DNA from: Acidobacteriota bacterium
Lineage (GTDB): Bacteria; Acidobacteriota; CAIWXX01
DNA: 64,000 nt
Assembly: GCA_040755995.1 (NCBI GenBank)
Contig: JBFMAF010000003.1
Coordinates: 64,001 to 128,000, forward strand
Direction: 5' to 3'
The notes under the pieces: model-generated
What the model was told of the DNA's origin: nothing
Database searches by the model: none
What the model saw: only the letters and a program-made list of their open reading frames with translations
Made by a program: the position numbers and the translations under genes
Shown here: one piece after another, positions 18,582-26,457 of the stretch
Numbering within the stretch: position 1 is the first letter of the stretch
How the letters are laid out: each line of letters starts with the position of its first letter

Positions 18582-20372
18582 TCAGTGTCCCTGGCCTGCC
18601 TGCGACCAGACGCAATCCAGAAGCCCGACGGGCATCTGCAAGTGGGATGCCATCCATTCCCTGACATTCGTGGCGAACACTCTCCGATCAAACGAGTACA
18701 CTGCTGGGGCACTCTCCACCGCGGCCCCATCAGCGACCAAGTAGTGTGGCCCGGGCAGTGCCGCGACCCAGTCGGGATCGAAAAACGGAGTATCCCCGGT
18801 ATCCCTCCGTAAGACGGAGGTGCGGAGCGAAGCTTCCTCCACCGACATGCCTTCCTCCTCAAGGGTCTTGCGCACATCTGTCCACTCATCGCATAGGAAG
18901 AATACGAAATCGACGTTGTCAAGATACCCTGCGAGCCGGATGTCCCTGACCACCCGTACGAACTGCTGTGAGTAATGGCACCAGGATGCGACTGCGACCG
19001 GAATCTGATTGACTCCGATGATCAGATCGCGCTCCTGCCCAGCTTCGATGACCGGGACTGCTCGCTGCTCGACCTCTCTCTCCCAGTCGGCGAGCGGATG
19101 GCTCGAGCGTGACAATGCGGTGAGCAGGTCAGAGGCGATGTCTGGGGAATGATCGGCGATTTGGCGGAGGCGACGCTCGAAACGAGCAGGCTGTGGCCCG
19201 AGCCGTCCCAGAAGGGATGCTGCGGCTGTCCGAACCTCGGGGTACCTGCTCTGCATCATTTTCTCGACTGACGGCCACGCCCGCGAGAGGTCAACTCCGT
19301 GCGCTGCGAGCAACTCGAGTGCGCGGAGCTGCACGGTGGGATCCCAGTCGGTCAACGCTTTCACGACAGTGTCTCGGAAATCCGTGCCGCAAGCGCCGAT
19401 CGAGTTGAGGGCATCGAGGGCCGCGGCCCTCACCTCTCCCAGTGGGGCGACGGTGAGCCCGAGAAGGGCCGGAATTGCATCTTCCGCCCCGCGACCAATC
19501 GACTTCAGCGCACCGGCTGCCGCCACCTGGACATCGGTGTCATTATCCGTGAGCAGCGATACCAGGGAACTGACAGCGGCGGGTCTCTCCCGAAGCTCCT
19601 CTGCCTCGGCCCTCTTGTCAGCAGCCAACTCCTCGGGGGAGAGGAAGACTTTCTGCAGGGCTTCTGCCAATTGGCTCGTCGTCCTATCGGCATGAATCTG
19701 GCCAAGCGCTGCAGCCGCCTTCACCCGGACCGACCAATTCTGGTCTCGTACCATGCCTCGGATGGCAGCCAGCGCTGGGACTGCGTGTATGTCGAAGGAG
19801 GCCAGCGTTTCCAAGGCCATCTCTTTCACCCACGGGTGCTCATCACTCAGACTGCTGGCTACCATCTCTACCAGGCGATCATCGGGCGTAGCGAGTTTCG
19901 CGGCGTACTCTGCTGCTGCTGCACGCACGCTTAGAACCGGATCGCGCAGTAGGCTGCCGAGCGCATCTACGCTGCCCCTGGGACTGGCACGACCCAGGGC
20001 CTTCGGCACAGCGGCGCGAACCTCGGCCACCGGGTCTCTTGCCGCATCTAGCAATACTCCTCCCACCTGCTCTGGGGCTTGTGGGTGCGCCGCGAGTACT
20101 TCGACTGCGAGCAGCCGGATGGAAGGGTCTGGGTGCTTGACGGCCGCAACCAGCGACGGTACGATGCAAGCCGGAACGACGGCGTCTTCCTCAGCGAGGC
20201 GCTCCAGCGCAGGGGCAAGAACTGCCGGATCGCACCCCGCGAGTATCTCTACATTGTCTTGTCGAGCTGACGCAGGCACGTTGATGACGGCGAGTACCAA
20301 GAGGCCCGAAATGAGTGTGCTGAACTCTCCTGGCTTTGCTGCGGTACCCGAGGGCGTGGCGTGGATTCGCAT
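18582..20372 (-). CDS. Exported HEAT-repeat protein with a C-terminal thioredoxin-like (WCHYS) domain
   Basis: AAGGAG RBS before ATG 20372; repeated D...VR.AA..ALG units; VAVASWCHYS. Confidence 0.8.
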   Translation of the reverse strand: MRIHATPSGTAAKPGEFSTLISGLLVLAVINVPASARQDNVEILAGCDPAVLAPALERLAEEDAVVPACIVPSLVAAVKHPDPSIRLLAVEVLAAHPQAPEQVGGVLLDAARDPVAEVRAAVPKALGRASPRGSVDALGSLLRDPVLSVRAAAAEYAAKLATPDDRLVEMVASSLSDEHPWVKEMALETLASFDIHAVPALAAIRGMVRDQNWSVRVKAAAALGQIHADRTTSQLAEALQKVFLSPEELAADKRAEAEELRERPAAVSSLVSLLTDNDTDVQVAAAGALKSIGRGAEDAIPALLGLTVAPLGEVRAAALDALNSIGACGTDFRDTVVKALTDWDPTVQLRALELLAAHGVDLSRAWPSVEKMMQSRYPEVRTAAASLLGRLGPQPARFERRLRQIADHSPDIASDLLTALSRSSHPLADWEREVEQRAVPVIEAGQERDLIIGVNQIPVAVASWCHYSQQFVRVVRDIRLAGYLDNVDFVFFLCDEWTDVRKTLEEEGMSVEEASLRTSVLRRDTGDTPFFDPDWVAALPGPHYLVADGAAVESAPAVYSFDRRVFATNVREWMASHLQMPVGLLDCVWSQAGQGH

Positions 20373-20802
20373 TGTGTCCTTCTCCTTGTAATCTAGCCAT
20401 TGCCAGCCGAAGGCCTGGGCCGCGGCCAGCATGCGCGTTCGGCGATGCCGACCCCGGCTTCGGGGGGCGGACTCGCTAGGTACTGCGTGGCCGTAAAACG
20501 GATCGAAGGTAGCCGTTCTTGGGCTCCAGAACTTCGGCGGGCCTCGCACACGGCATGCCTTCGTCTGGAGCGCCCAGCGCTTGGCTTGAAGCAAGCGGCA
20601 AGAGATCGATCTCCGCATTGGCATAGCTTTCCACATCGTTCCCGAGTCGAGACGCCGTATGTCCGCGCGCTGGGCTATCATCTCCTTTCCCGGGCGATCT
20701 CCAGATGTGGCCCCTCGCAGCATTCGCGCATTCCTATCACCACCTGTAGCCGGACTTAGCGGTGGCCGTGGTTCGTCCCAAATGGTCCACCCCCTGCACC
20801 TT

Positions 20803-21699
20803 CTAGCCGACTCCCGCGGACCCCCCAAATCGCTGCCGTGCTTTCAATATGTACGCCACCTCGCGACCTGGTGCTTGGCGTTCAGCTTCGTACAGGGCGG
20901 CCCGCTGACGCACCACTTCGAAGGGTGCCTTGGCCATCTTGCCCCACTTCATCTTCACGAGGTCTTCGGCTATTTCGGCCGCCGTCGTCACAAGGACTTC
21001 GACGATGCCCTTCGTGCTCTTGATGCGATGTGACTTCATGAACTCCTCATACTCATACTGCAGGTGAAGCAGCTCATCTTCGAGCTCGTGAATGGGAACG
21101 GAGAGCTTGGCCACCTTGTTGATCCAGTCCTTGAGGCGCATGTGCTTCAGGATCGAGTCTGGATCTCGACGGAACTCGGCGATCGCCTCCCAGGGAGTCA
21201 GGTCAGACGGTGTAGGCAGCGCGTTGAGCGTAATGCGCACAACATCGCCCCTATCCGCCGGCGCGTCAATCGAGACCTGATTCTCCCTTCCTGCAGCCAC
21301 TGCGTCAAATTGTCGGGTCTCTCGGAGGTGAAGAGCAAGTTGACGGAGCCCGGGTCGCTGAATGCGCGCGGCCGGGCCAACACGGCCAGCGGCGATAGCC
21401 AGCACGCGGCCTATGCCCTGAAGGCCTACCACATCGGCATCCTGTGGGTCGGGGGTGACTTCGGGAAGATACTTCCGATCCGCTGCCCTTGTACCCTCAA
21501 CAGTCGTTAGCAGCCCCTCCTTGCGTAGGAACTCAAAATCGTTCTTGCCCAAGGAGAGTGCTCGCCGCTCAACAAGCGTCAGATGCTGCTGAGTCAGATC
21601 CAAAGCGAGCCGCTCGAACAGGAGGAGTAGCCGCTTCAACTCCCCTGGATCCGCGAAGGTGCTGGCTGCGATCACGGCGACGAACAACGGCATCGTCAT
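20803..21699 (-). CDS. Hypothetical protein
   Basis: 298-aa ORF with protein-like composition (LPTPSDLTPWE...APGREVAYI); ATGA overlap with the upstream ORF. Confidence 0.75.
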   Translation of the reverse strand: MTMPLFVAVIAASTFADPGELKRLLLLFERLALDLTQQHLTLVERRALSLGKNDFEFLRKEGLLTTVEGTRAADRKYLPEVTPDPQDADVVGLQGIGRVLAIAAGRVGPAARIQRPGLRQLALHLRETRQFDAVAAGRENQVSIDAPADRGDVVRITLNALPTPSDLTPWEAIAEFRRDPDSILKHMRLKDWINKVAKLSVPIHELEDELLHLQYEYEEFMKSHRIKSTKGIVEVLVTTAAEIAEDLVKMKWGKMAKAPFEVVRQRAALYEAERQAPGREVAYILKARQRFGGSAGVG

Positions 21700-22154
21700 C
21701 CTCGGCAGAATCCGCTCAGTCCTCCGCCCAGCCCAGGTTCAGATGGTTTCCAGGCAAGGTGGGTGGCGGCCAGTCGGCGTACTGACCATGAGAGCATGTC
21801 AATCAACTCACTCTCGCTGTCCGAATGCCCGTCGGCGAGGCTGATCTTGAGGTGCTGCCACACGCCCTCATCCGTCCTCAATTCGGCCGGGTGGACAAGA
21901 AGAGGAATCCGATGGAGGTGTGATGTGTGGGAGAGAAGCTCCTCGAGAGCCTGTGCTTCGTGGATGTTGCGAATGTCCAGGGCGACGAGGTCATAGTGTT
22001 TCTCCGGCACCTGTCCCGACGAGTGCCCGGCCACCCGATCGTTCTCCTGGATGTTGTCGTGACATGGCGGGCATTGGAGCGCGCAATGGCGGCGGCCCGG
22101 ACTGGCGGAGATCCCGGAGATAGATCTCGGCACAGCGAAAGCAGGATCGACCAT
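21696..22154 (-). mobile_element. Degenerate IS630-family transposase DDE fragment with an internal inversion
   Basis: SISGISASPGRR...NI, D...IH and PAELRTDEGVWQHLK (cf. PELNPxExxW). The central IS630-like segment reads on the opposite strand (GDEVIVFLRHLSRRVPGHPIVLLD). Confidence 0.75.
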
Positions 22155-22203
22155 GTTGTCACTAGCCTCCTCTCAGCCGGGGTATGATGCGTGGAATCAT
22201 TCC

Positions 22204-22304
22204 AGGAGGGCCATGGGGCGCGGGGTCGATGTCGGGCGGGGATGCCCTCGGATCATGGCTCCGGTGACCTTCCTCTGGCGCTCCCCGCTGTCCATGGCCC
22301 TCCT
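22204..22304. repeat. 13-bp perfect inverted repeat enclosing a GC-rich 75-bp segment
   Basis: AGGAGGGCCATGG (22204-22216) / CCATGGCCCTCCT (22292-22304); overlapping direct repeat (GCCCTCCTAT)x2 at 22297-22316. Confidence 0.7.
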
Positions 22305-22319
22305 ATGCCCTCCTATCTT

Positions 22320-23654
22320 TTATAGTGCGATGTGGCTGCAACAATCCTGGAGAGATGAAAAAAATACCTGTGCGGCAGATGCTGGGCCTGGGACTGAGCC
22401 CTGGCAGGCTTGCATCTTATTGATAATTCGTCTCGCTGGCTGCGCCAACTGCCGGAGCAGGGCCGTGTTGTGGCACCGGATGCTCTGTGTGTCGGTGGCT
22501 ACTACGCAGGCGTTGCAATTGTCGCATCGGGCGCGGTCGGTCCGGCCGCTGCGGAACTTGTTCGGCAGGTCGGGCTCCAGGATCAGCGGCCTGGCCATAG
22601 AGCAGAAGTCGGTGTGCCCCTGGTCGATGGCGGCCTCCATGAACGCGCGCTCCCGCATCCCCCCGACCGTCACTACCGGCAGCTTGATGCTTCGTTTCAC
22701 TCTTGCGGCCGTCGCCAGGTTGTAGCCTTCGCGGAACCTGGGCTGGAAGAGGCTGGCTGCCGGCATCACTAGGCGCTTCGTGACGAACCGGTACGGTGGC
22801 GACATGTGGCAGAAGGGGCGAAGGTATCGAAGCATCGCGTTTGCCGGGAATGCTCCGCGGGTCATCACGAACCCAGCCTCGTTCGTTCCGCAGCTCAGCT
22901 CGATCGCATCGCAACAGCCGGTCTGTTCGACTCGCCGCGCGGTCTCGACGCACTCATCCGGCGTGATGCCGCCGGAAACGCGCTCCTCTGTGTTCAGCTT
23001 GATCAGCACCGGATAGCCTGGCCCGACTGCATCCCGCACGGCCTTCAGGACATCGCCGACGATTCGGAAGCGGTTGCTCAAGTCTCCGCCCCAGCGATCC
23101 TTGCGCCGGTTCGACCGTCTGGCCAGGAAGGACGACAACAGATACCCGTGGGCACCGTGGACCTGCACGCCGTCGTAGCCGGCATCCTTCGCCCTTCGCG
23201 CCGCGTCGCCGAATCCCCGGACTACCTCGGCGATGTCCGCTTCGGTCATCTCCTCAGGCTTCTCGCCGTAGAACCCGCACGGGATCGCCGAAGGAGCCTT
23301 CAGCGGCTGCCGGGTCTCCGTTGACCAGGTCTGCCGGCCGCAGTGGGCGATCTGCAGCACGATCCGCCCACCGATGGCGTGAAGACGTTCGACCATCTCC
23401 CGGTGAGCAGGCACCAGGTCGTCTGAGTCGATCATGGTCATGCGGTATAGAGCGCTCCGGCCGGCTTGCAGCACTCTGGCGTAGCCGGTGATCACCAAGC
23501 CGATCCCGCCTTCGACGAAGCCCTTGTAGAACCGGAACTGCTCTTCGGTGGGCCGGCCACGCGCGTCGGCCAGGCCCTCGTGCGAGGCTGCCCGGATCAT
23601 CCGGTTGGGCAGCTCATGCCTCCCAATCGCTTTGGGCGAAAACAGGATGGACAT
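22320..23654 (-). CDS. NADH:flavin oxidoreductase (old yellow enzyme family)
   Basis: NRMIRAASHE, QIAHCGRQ, HGAHGYLLSSFL and SMARPLI motifs; C-terminal CDNCNAC. Confidence 0.92.
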   Translation of the reverse strand: MSILFSPKAIGRHELPNRMIRAASHEGLADARGRPTEEQFRFYKGFVEGGIGLVITGYARVLQAGRSALYRMTMIDSDDLVPAHREMVERLHAIGGRIVLQIAHCGRQTWSTETRQPLKAPSAIPCGFYGEKPEEMTEADIAEVVRGFGDAARRAKDAGYDGVQVHGAHGYLLSSFLARRSNRRKDRWGGDLSNRFRIVGDVLKAVRDAVGPGYPVLIKLNTEERVSGGITPDECVETARRVEQTGCCDAIELSCGTNEAGFVMTRGAFPANAMLRYLRPFCHMSPPYRFVTKRLVMPAASLFQPRFREGYNLATAARVKRSIKLPVVTVGGMRERAFMEAAIDQGHTDFCSMARPLILEPDLPNKFRSGRTDRARCDNCNACVVATDTQSIRCHNTALLRQLAQPARRIINKMQACQGSVPGPASAAQVFFSSLQDCCSHIAL

Positions 23655-23674
23655 GGCTCGCTGTCCTCGGTTTC

Positions 23675-24262
23675 CTACTTCTTGGACCGCGCCGCTTTGA
23701 CGAAACGACGATCCCGGGCGCGGAGCCACAGGTAGCAGAGGACTAGCGAGCCCCAGAAATACACGCTCACTATCAGCCAGCCCGTGAAGAAGGGGTGTGA
23801 CCAGAAGGAGTAGAACTGCCCGGCCTCGTACTTGTCCATGGTGCTGGCGATGTTGAACGTGATCTTGCGTGTCGCCAGAACTATGACTCCGATCAGGACG
23901 GCCATGGATATGTACCCGATGCGAACCCAGAGGTCGCGGCCCTGTCTGAGCCAGCGCCTGCCGATCTCGAAACCGATGTAGGCCGGCCCCGCTGTCAGCA
24001 GAAATACCGCGAACGACACCGCAGCTCTCAGCGGGCTGTCGTGCAGGTTGTCCTGCCAGCGCCATAGGAAATTCACTTCCCAGGCGGGCCACCCCATGAA
24101 GAAGTAGAACGGAATTGGAGTAATGAAGAACACGGCAAACAAGAGCACCGTCGTCCGCATGAAGTAGTGGCGGTTCTGGTTGTCGCTCTTGAGCATGTTC
24201 TTGCCGGCTTCCGCAAGCGCTAGCCCGGAAAGCAGGGCGACCGGAACATCAATGGCCAACAT
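23675..24262 (-). CDS. Membrane protein, paralog of 24323-24940
   Basis: About 5 TM segments; IDVP...GWPAWE. Confidence 0.8.
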   Translation of the reverse strand: MLAIDVPVALLSGLALAEAGKNMLKSDNQNRHYFMRTTVLLFAVFFITPIPFYFFMGWPAWEVNFLWRWQDNLHDSPLRAAVSFAVFLLTAGPAYIGFEIGRRWLRQGRDLWVRIGYISMAVLIGVIVLATRKITFNIASTMDKYEAGQFYSFWSHPFFTGWLIVSVYFWGSLVLCYLWLRARDRRFVKAARSKK

Positions 24263-24322
24263 GCTGTCACCTCCTTTGAGTAGTCTCGCCTGCTGCCCAT
24301 GGCAGCCCGGCTGCGCTTCGCA

Positions 24323-24940
24323 TCATTTCCCTGCGGCCTCTGCGCTGTCTCTCCGGATGCGCCACACCGCAACAGCCAGCCCTGCCACGAAATAGCACAT
24401 CACACCCACCCAGGCGGCCGAAAACCCGTACGCATTGCTCCACACCGACGCCATCTCATCGCGGCTCTGGCCATTCAGGTTGTGGTACTGGTCGTAGGTG
24501 CCTACCAGCAGGAACGAGGGATAGTTGCACAGCACGACGATTCCTACGGCGACGAGGACTCCGATGTACGTCCATCGCAGGAGCCTCTCTTTGCCCGCCA
24601 TGAGCCATCGGTAGCCCAGAACGTGACCAAGGTAGCCGGCGAGGACTATGGCCATGACGAAGCCGGCAGGGAGAAGCGGGTTCAACCACCCCGTGTGCAT
24701 CACCTCCTCGAATCGCCTGCTCCAGTAGATCTGCTCCCACCCCGGCCAACCCGCCAAAAGGTAGATTCCTGCCGGCGCAATCACGAAGCCTGCAAAGAAG
24801 ACGGCGCGATAGAGGTAGCGATAGTAGATCGCCGGTTTCCGGCGTTCTTCTGTCGATGAATCGGCCTTCAGGGTCTTTCGACCCAGGTCGATGAAGAGCA
24901 TGCTGGCCACGAATGCGGCCGGGATATCGATCTGAACCAT
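24323..24940 (-). CDS. Membrane protein, paralog of 23675-24262
   Basis: About 5 TM segments; IDIP...GWPGWE. Confidence 0.8.
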   Translation of the reverse strand: MVQIDIPAAFVASMLFIDLGRKTLKADSSTEERRKPAIYYRYLYRAVFFAGFVIAPAGIYLLAGWPGWEQIYWSRRFEEVMHTGWLNPLLPAGFVMAIVLAGYLGHVLGYRWLMAGKERLLRWTYIGVLVAVGIVVLCNYPSFLLVGTYDQYHNLNGQSRDEMASVWSNAYGFSAAWVGVMCYFVAGLAVAVWRIRRDSAEAAGK

Positions 24941-24959
24941 ATGCGTCCTCCTCTTGCGC

Positions 24960-25967
24960 CTACGTGCTGAGCCTCACCGCACAGCCCCCAGGGCCAAACT
25001 CCATATCAGTACCCGCACCCGAGCGCGGCACCCCAGCGGTGATTCGCCGCAACATCTCCTCGATCGATCGCTCCTCTGCAGCGCTCAAGAAACGTCGCGG
25101 GAGCGCCGGCGTAAGCCTCCCGAGGGCGCGGTGCATCGCCAGCCCAAGCGGGTTGTACGGCAGCAGCTCCACCTGGCTCACACGCAGCTCCCTCAGGATC
25201 GCGACCAGCCCGGACAGATTCTCCTCGGTCGCCGTGATCCCTGGCACCACGGGAATGCGGACCGCCGTTTGGACCGGCTCGCGCAAGAGTCGTTCCAGAT
25301 TCATCAGAATACGGCGATTGCCGCGCCCGGTGAGCTGGCGGTGAGCTCGCTCGTCGGCCAGCTTCAGGTCGAAATAGACGAGATCGACATGTGGCAGGAT
25401 CTGCTGATGGAACGAAGCATAGTCGAACCAGCCCGCAGTCTGAATCGCCACGTGGACGCCCCGAGCCTTCAGCGGCTCGAGCAGCATCTCCAGGTACTCG
25501 GGGTAGAGCGCGCACTCGCCGCCCGAGAGCGTCACGCCTCCACCCGAGTGCCTGTAGTACGGCTCGTCCCGCAAGAGCAGATCCACGAGCGCTCCCGGCG
25601 AGTAGTACCGGCCCACCGTCCGCAACGCACCGCCCGTGCAGGCGTCGACACAAGAGCCGCAGCGTGAACAGCGGTCGCGGTCGATGCGGCCGTCCAGCTG
25701 GACGCTCGCCGCGCCCGCCGGGCATGCTTTCACGCATTCGCCGCAGCCGACGCACTTCTGTACGAAGAACGCGATCTCCAGCCGCGCGTCCTGTGTCTCG
25801 GGGTTCTGGCAGAAAACGCAGCGCAGGGCGCAGCCCTTGAAGAAGACGACGCTCCGGATGCCGGGGCCGTCTTCGAGACTGTGGCGTTTGACGTCCACCA
25901 CCAGAGGGTAGTCGCTCGCGACCCGGCCGGTCGCCACCTCATCCAACACGGTTATTGTCGTCTCCAT
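24960..25967 (-). CDS. Glycyl-radical enzyme activating enzyme with ferredoxin insert
   Basis: DGPGIRSVVFFKGCALRCVFCQNPE, two CxxCxxCxxxC motifs, GGVTLSGGE. Confidence 0.95.
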   Translation of the reverse strand: METTITVLDEVATGRVASDYPLVVDVKRHSLEDGPGIRSVVFFKGCALRCVFCQNPETQDARLEIAFFVQKCVGCGECVKACPAGAASVQLDGRIDRDRCSRCGSCVDACTGGALRTVGRYYSPGALVDLLLRDEPYYRHSGGGVTLSGGECALYPEYLEMLLEPLKARGVHVAIQTAGWFDYASFHQQILPHVDLVYFDLKLADERAHRQLTGRGNRRILMNLERLLREPVQTAVRIPVVPGITATEENLSGLVAILRELRVSQVELLPYNPLGLAMHRALGRLTPALPRRFLSAAEERSIEEMLRRITAGVPRSGAGTDMEFGPGGCAVRLST

Positions 25968-26455
25968 CACACCAATCCCAGCTCTTTTCCAAGGTCGCGC
26001 GCCATGAAGGCGAACTTGTAGACGTAATTGAGGTTGCCGTCGATCTCGACTTCGTTGCGCAGCAGCGAACTCAGGATGTCCTGGTCGCGTGAGAACAGGA
26101 AGGACCTGAGCGCCGGTACGTTCTTGAAGCTGACGCGCACGTCCCAGTCCTCGATTCCATTGGGATGGCGCATGATTCTCTCATTGTCGAACACGACGCC
26201 GCTTCTGACGCGATCGTCTACCGTTCTGAACAGGTACCGCCCGCGGAAACCTTTGATGTTCCTGCGATAGGGCTTCCACAGGCGCAAGAACAGCTGCATG
26301 CCAACCAACAGCAGGTCCACGAAAGCGTCGGTCGCCGCCCCGGAAAGTTGGTCCGAGAGCTGCCTGCAGCCCTGCCTGGCGATACGGTGTCCCAGCTGCT
26401 CGGGCCAGAGATACCGAAATGGACGCCATGACGCAACTCTTGGCCAGAAAGACAT
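25967..26455 (-). CDS. SCP2-like (lipid/sterol-binding) small protein
   Basis: Ends with LLRNEVEIDGNLNYVYKF, an SCP2-like pattern; lies between the GRE and its activase. Confidence 0.6.
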   Translation of the reverse strand: MSFWPRVASWRPFRYLWPEQLGHRIARQGCRQLSDQLSGAATDAFVDLLLVGMQLFLRLWKPYRRNIKGFRGRYLFRTVDDRVRSGVVFDNERIMRHPNGIEDWDVRVSFKNVPALRSFLFSRDQDILSSLLRNEVEIDGNLNYVYKFAFMARDLGKELGLV

Positions 26456-26457
26456 GT

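Noticed and set aside
20373..20828. Long N-terminal extensions in the ORF track (HEAT protein, OYE, SCP2-like, MBL, methyltransferase, pdaD)
   Set aside because: Downstream starts with an RBS or stop-start coupling fit better, and the extensions overlap neighbouring genes.
21976..22051. Inversion ends contain CCWGG, suggesting a link to the local methyltransferase/Vsr
   Set aside because: The methyltransferase specificity is unknown and CCWGG is frequent in GC-rich DNA.
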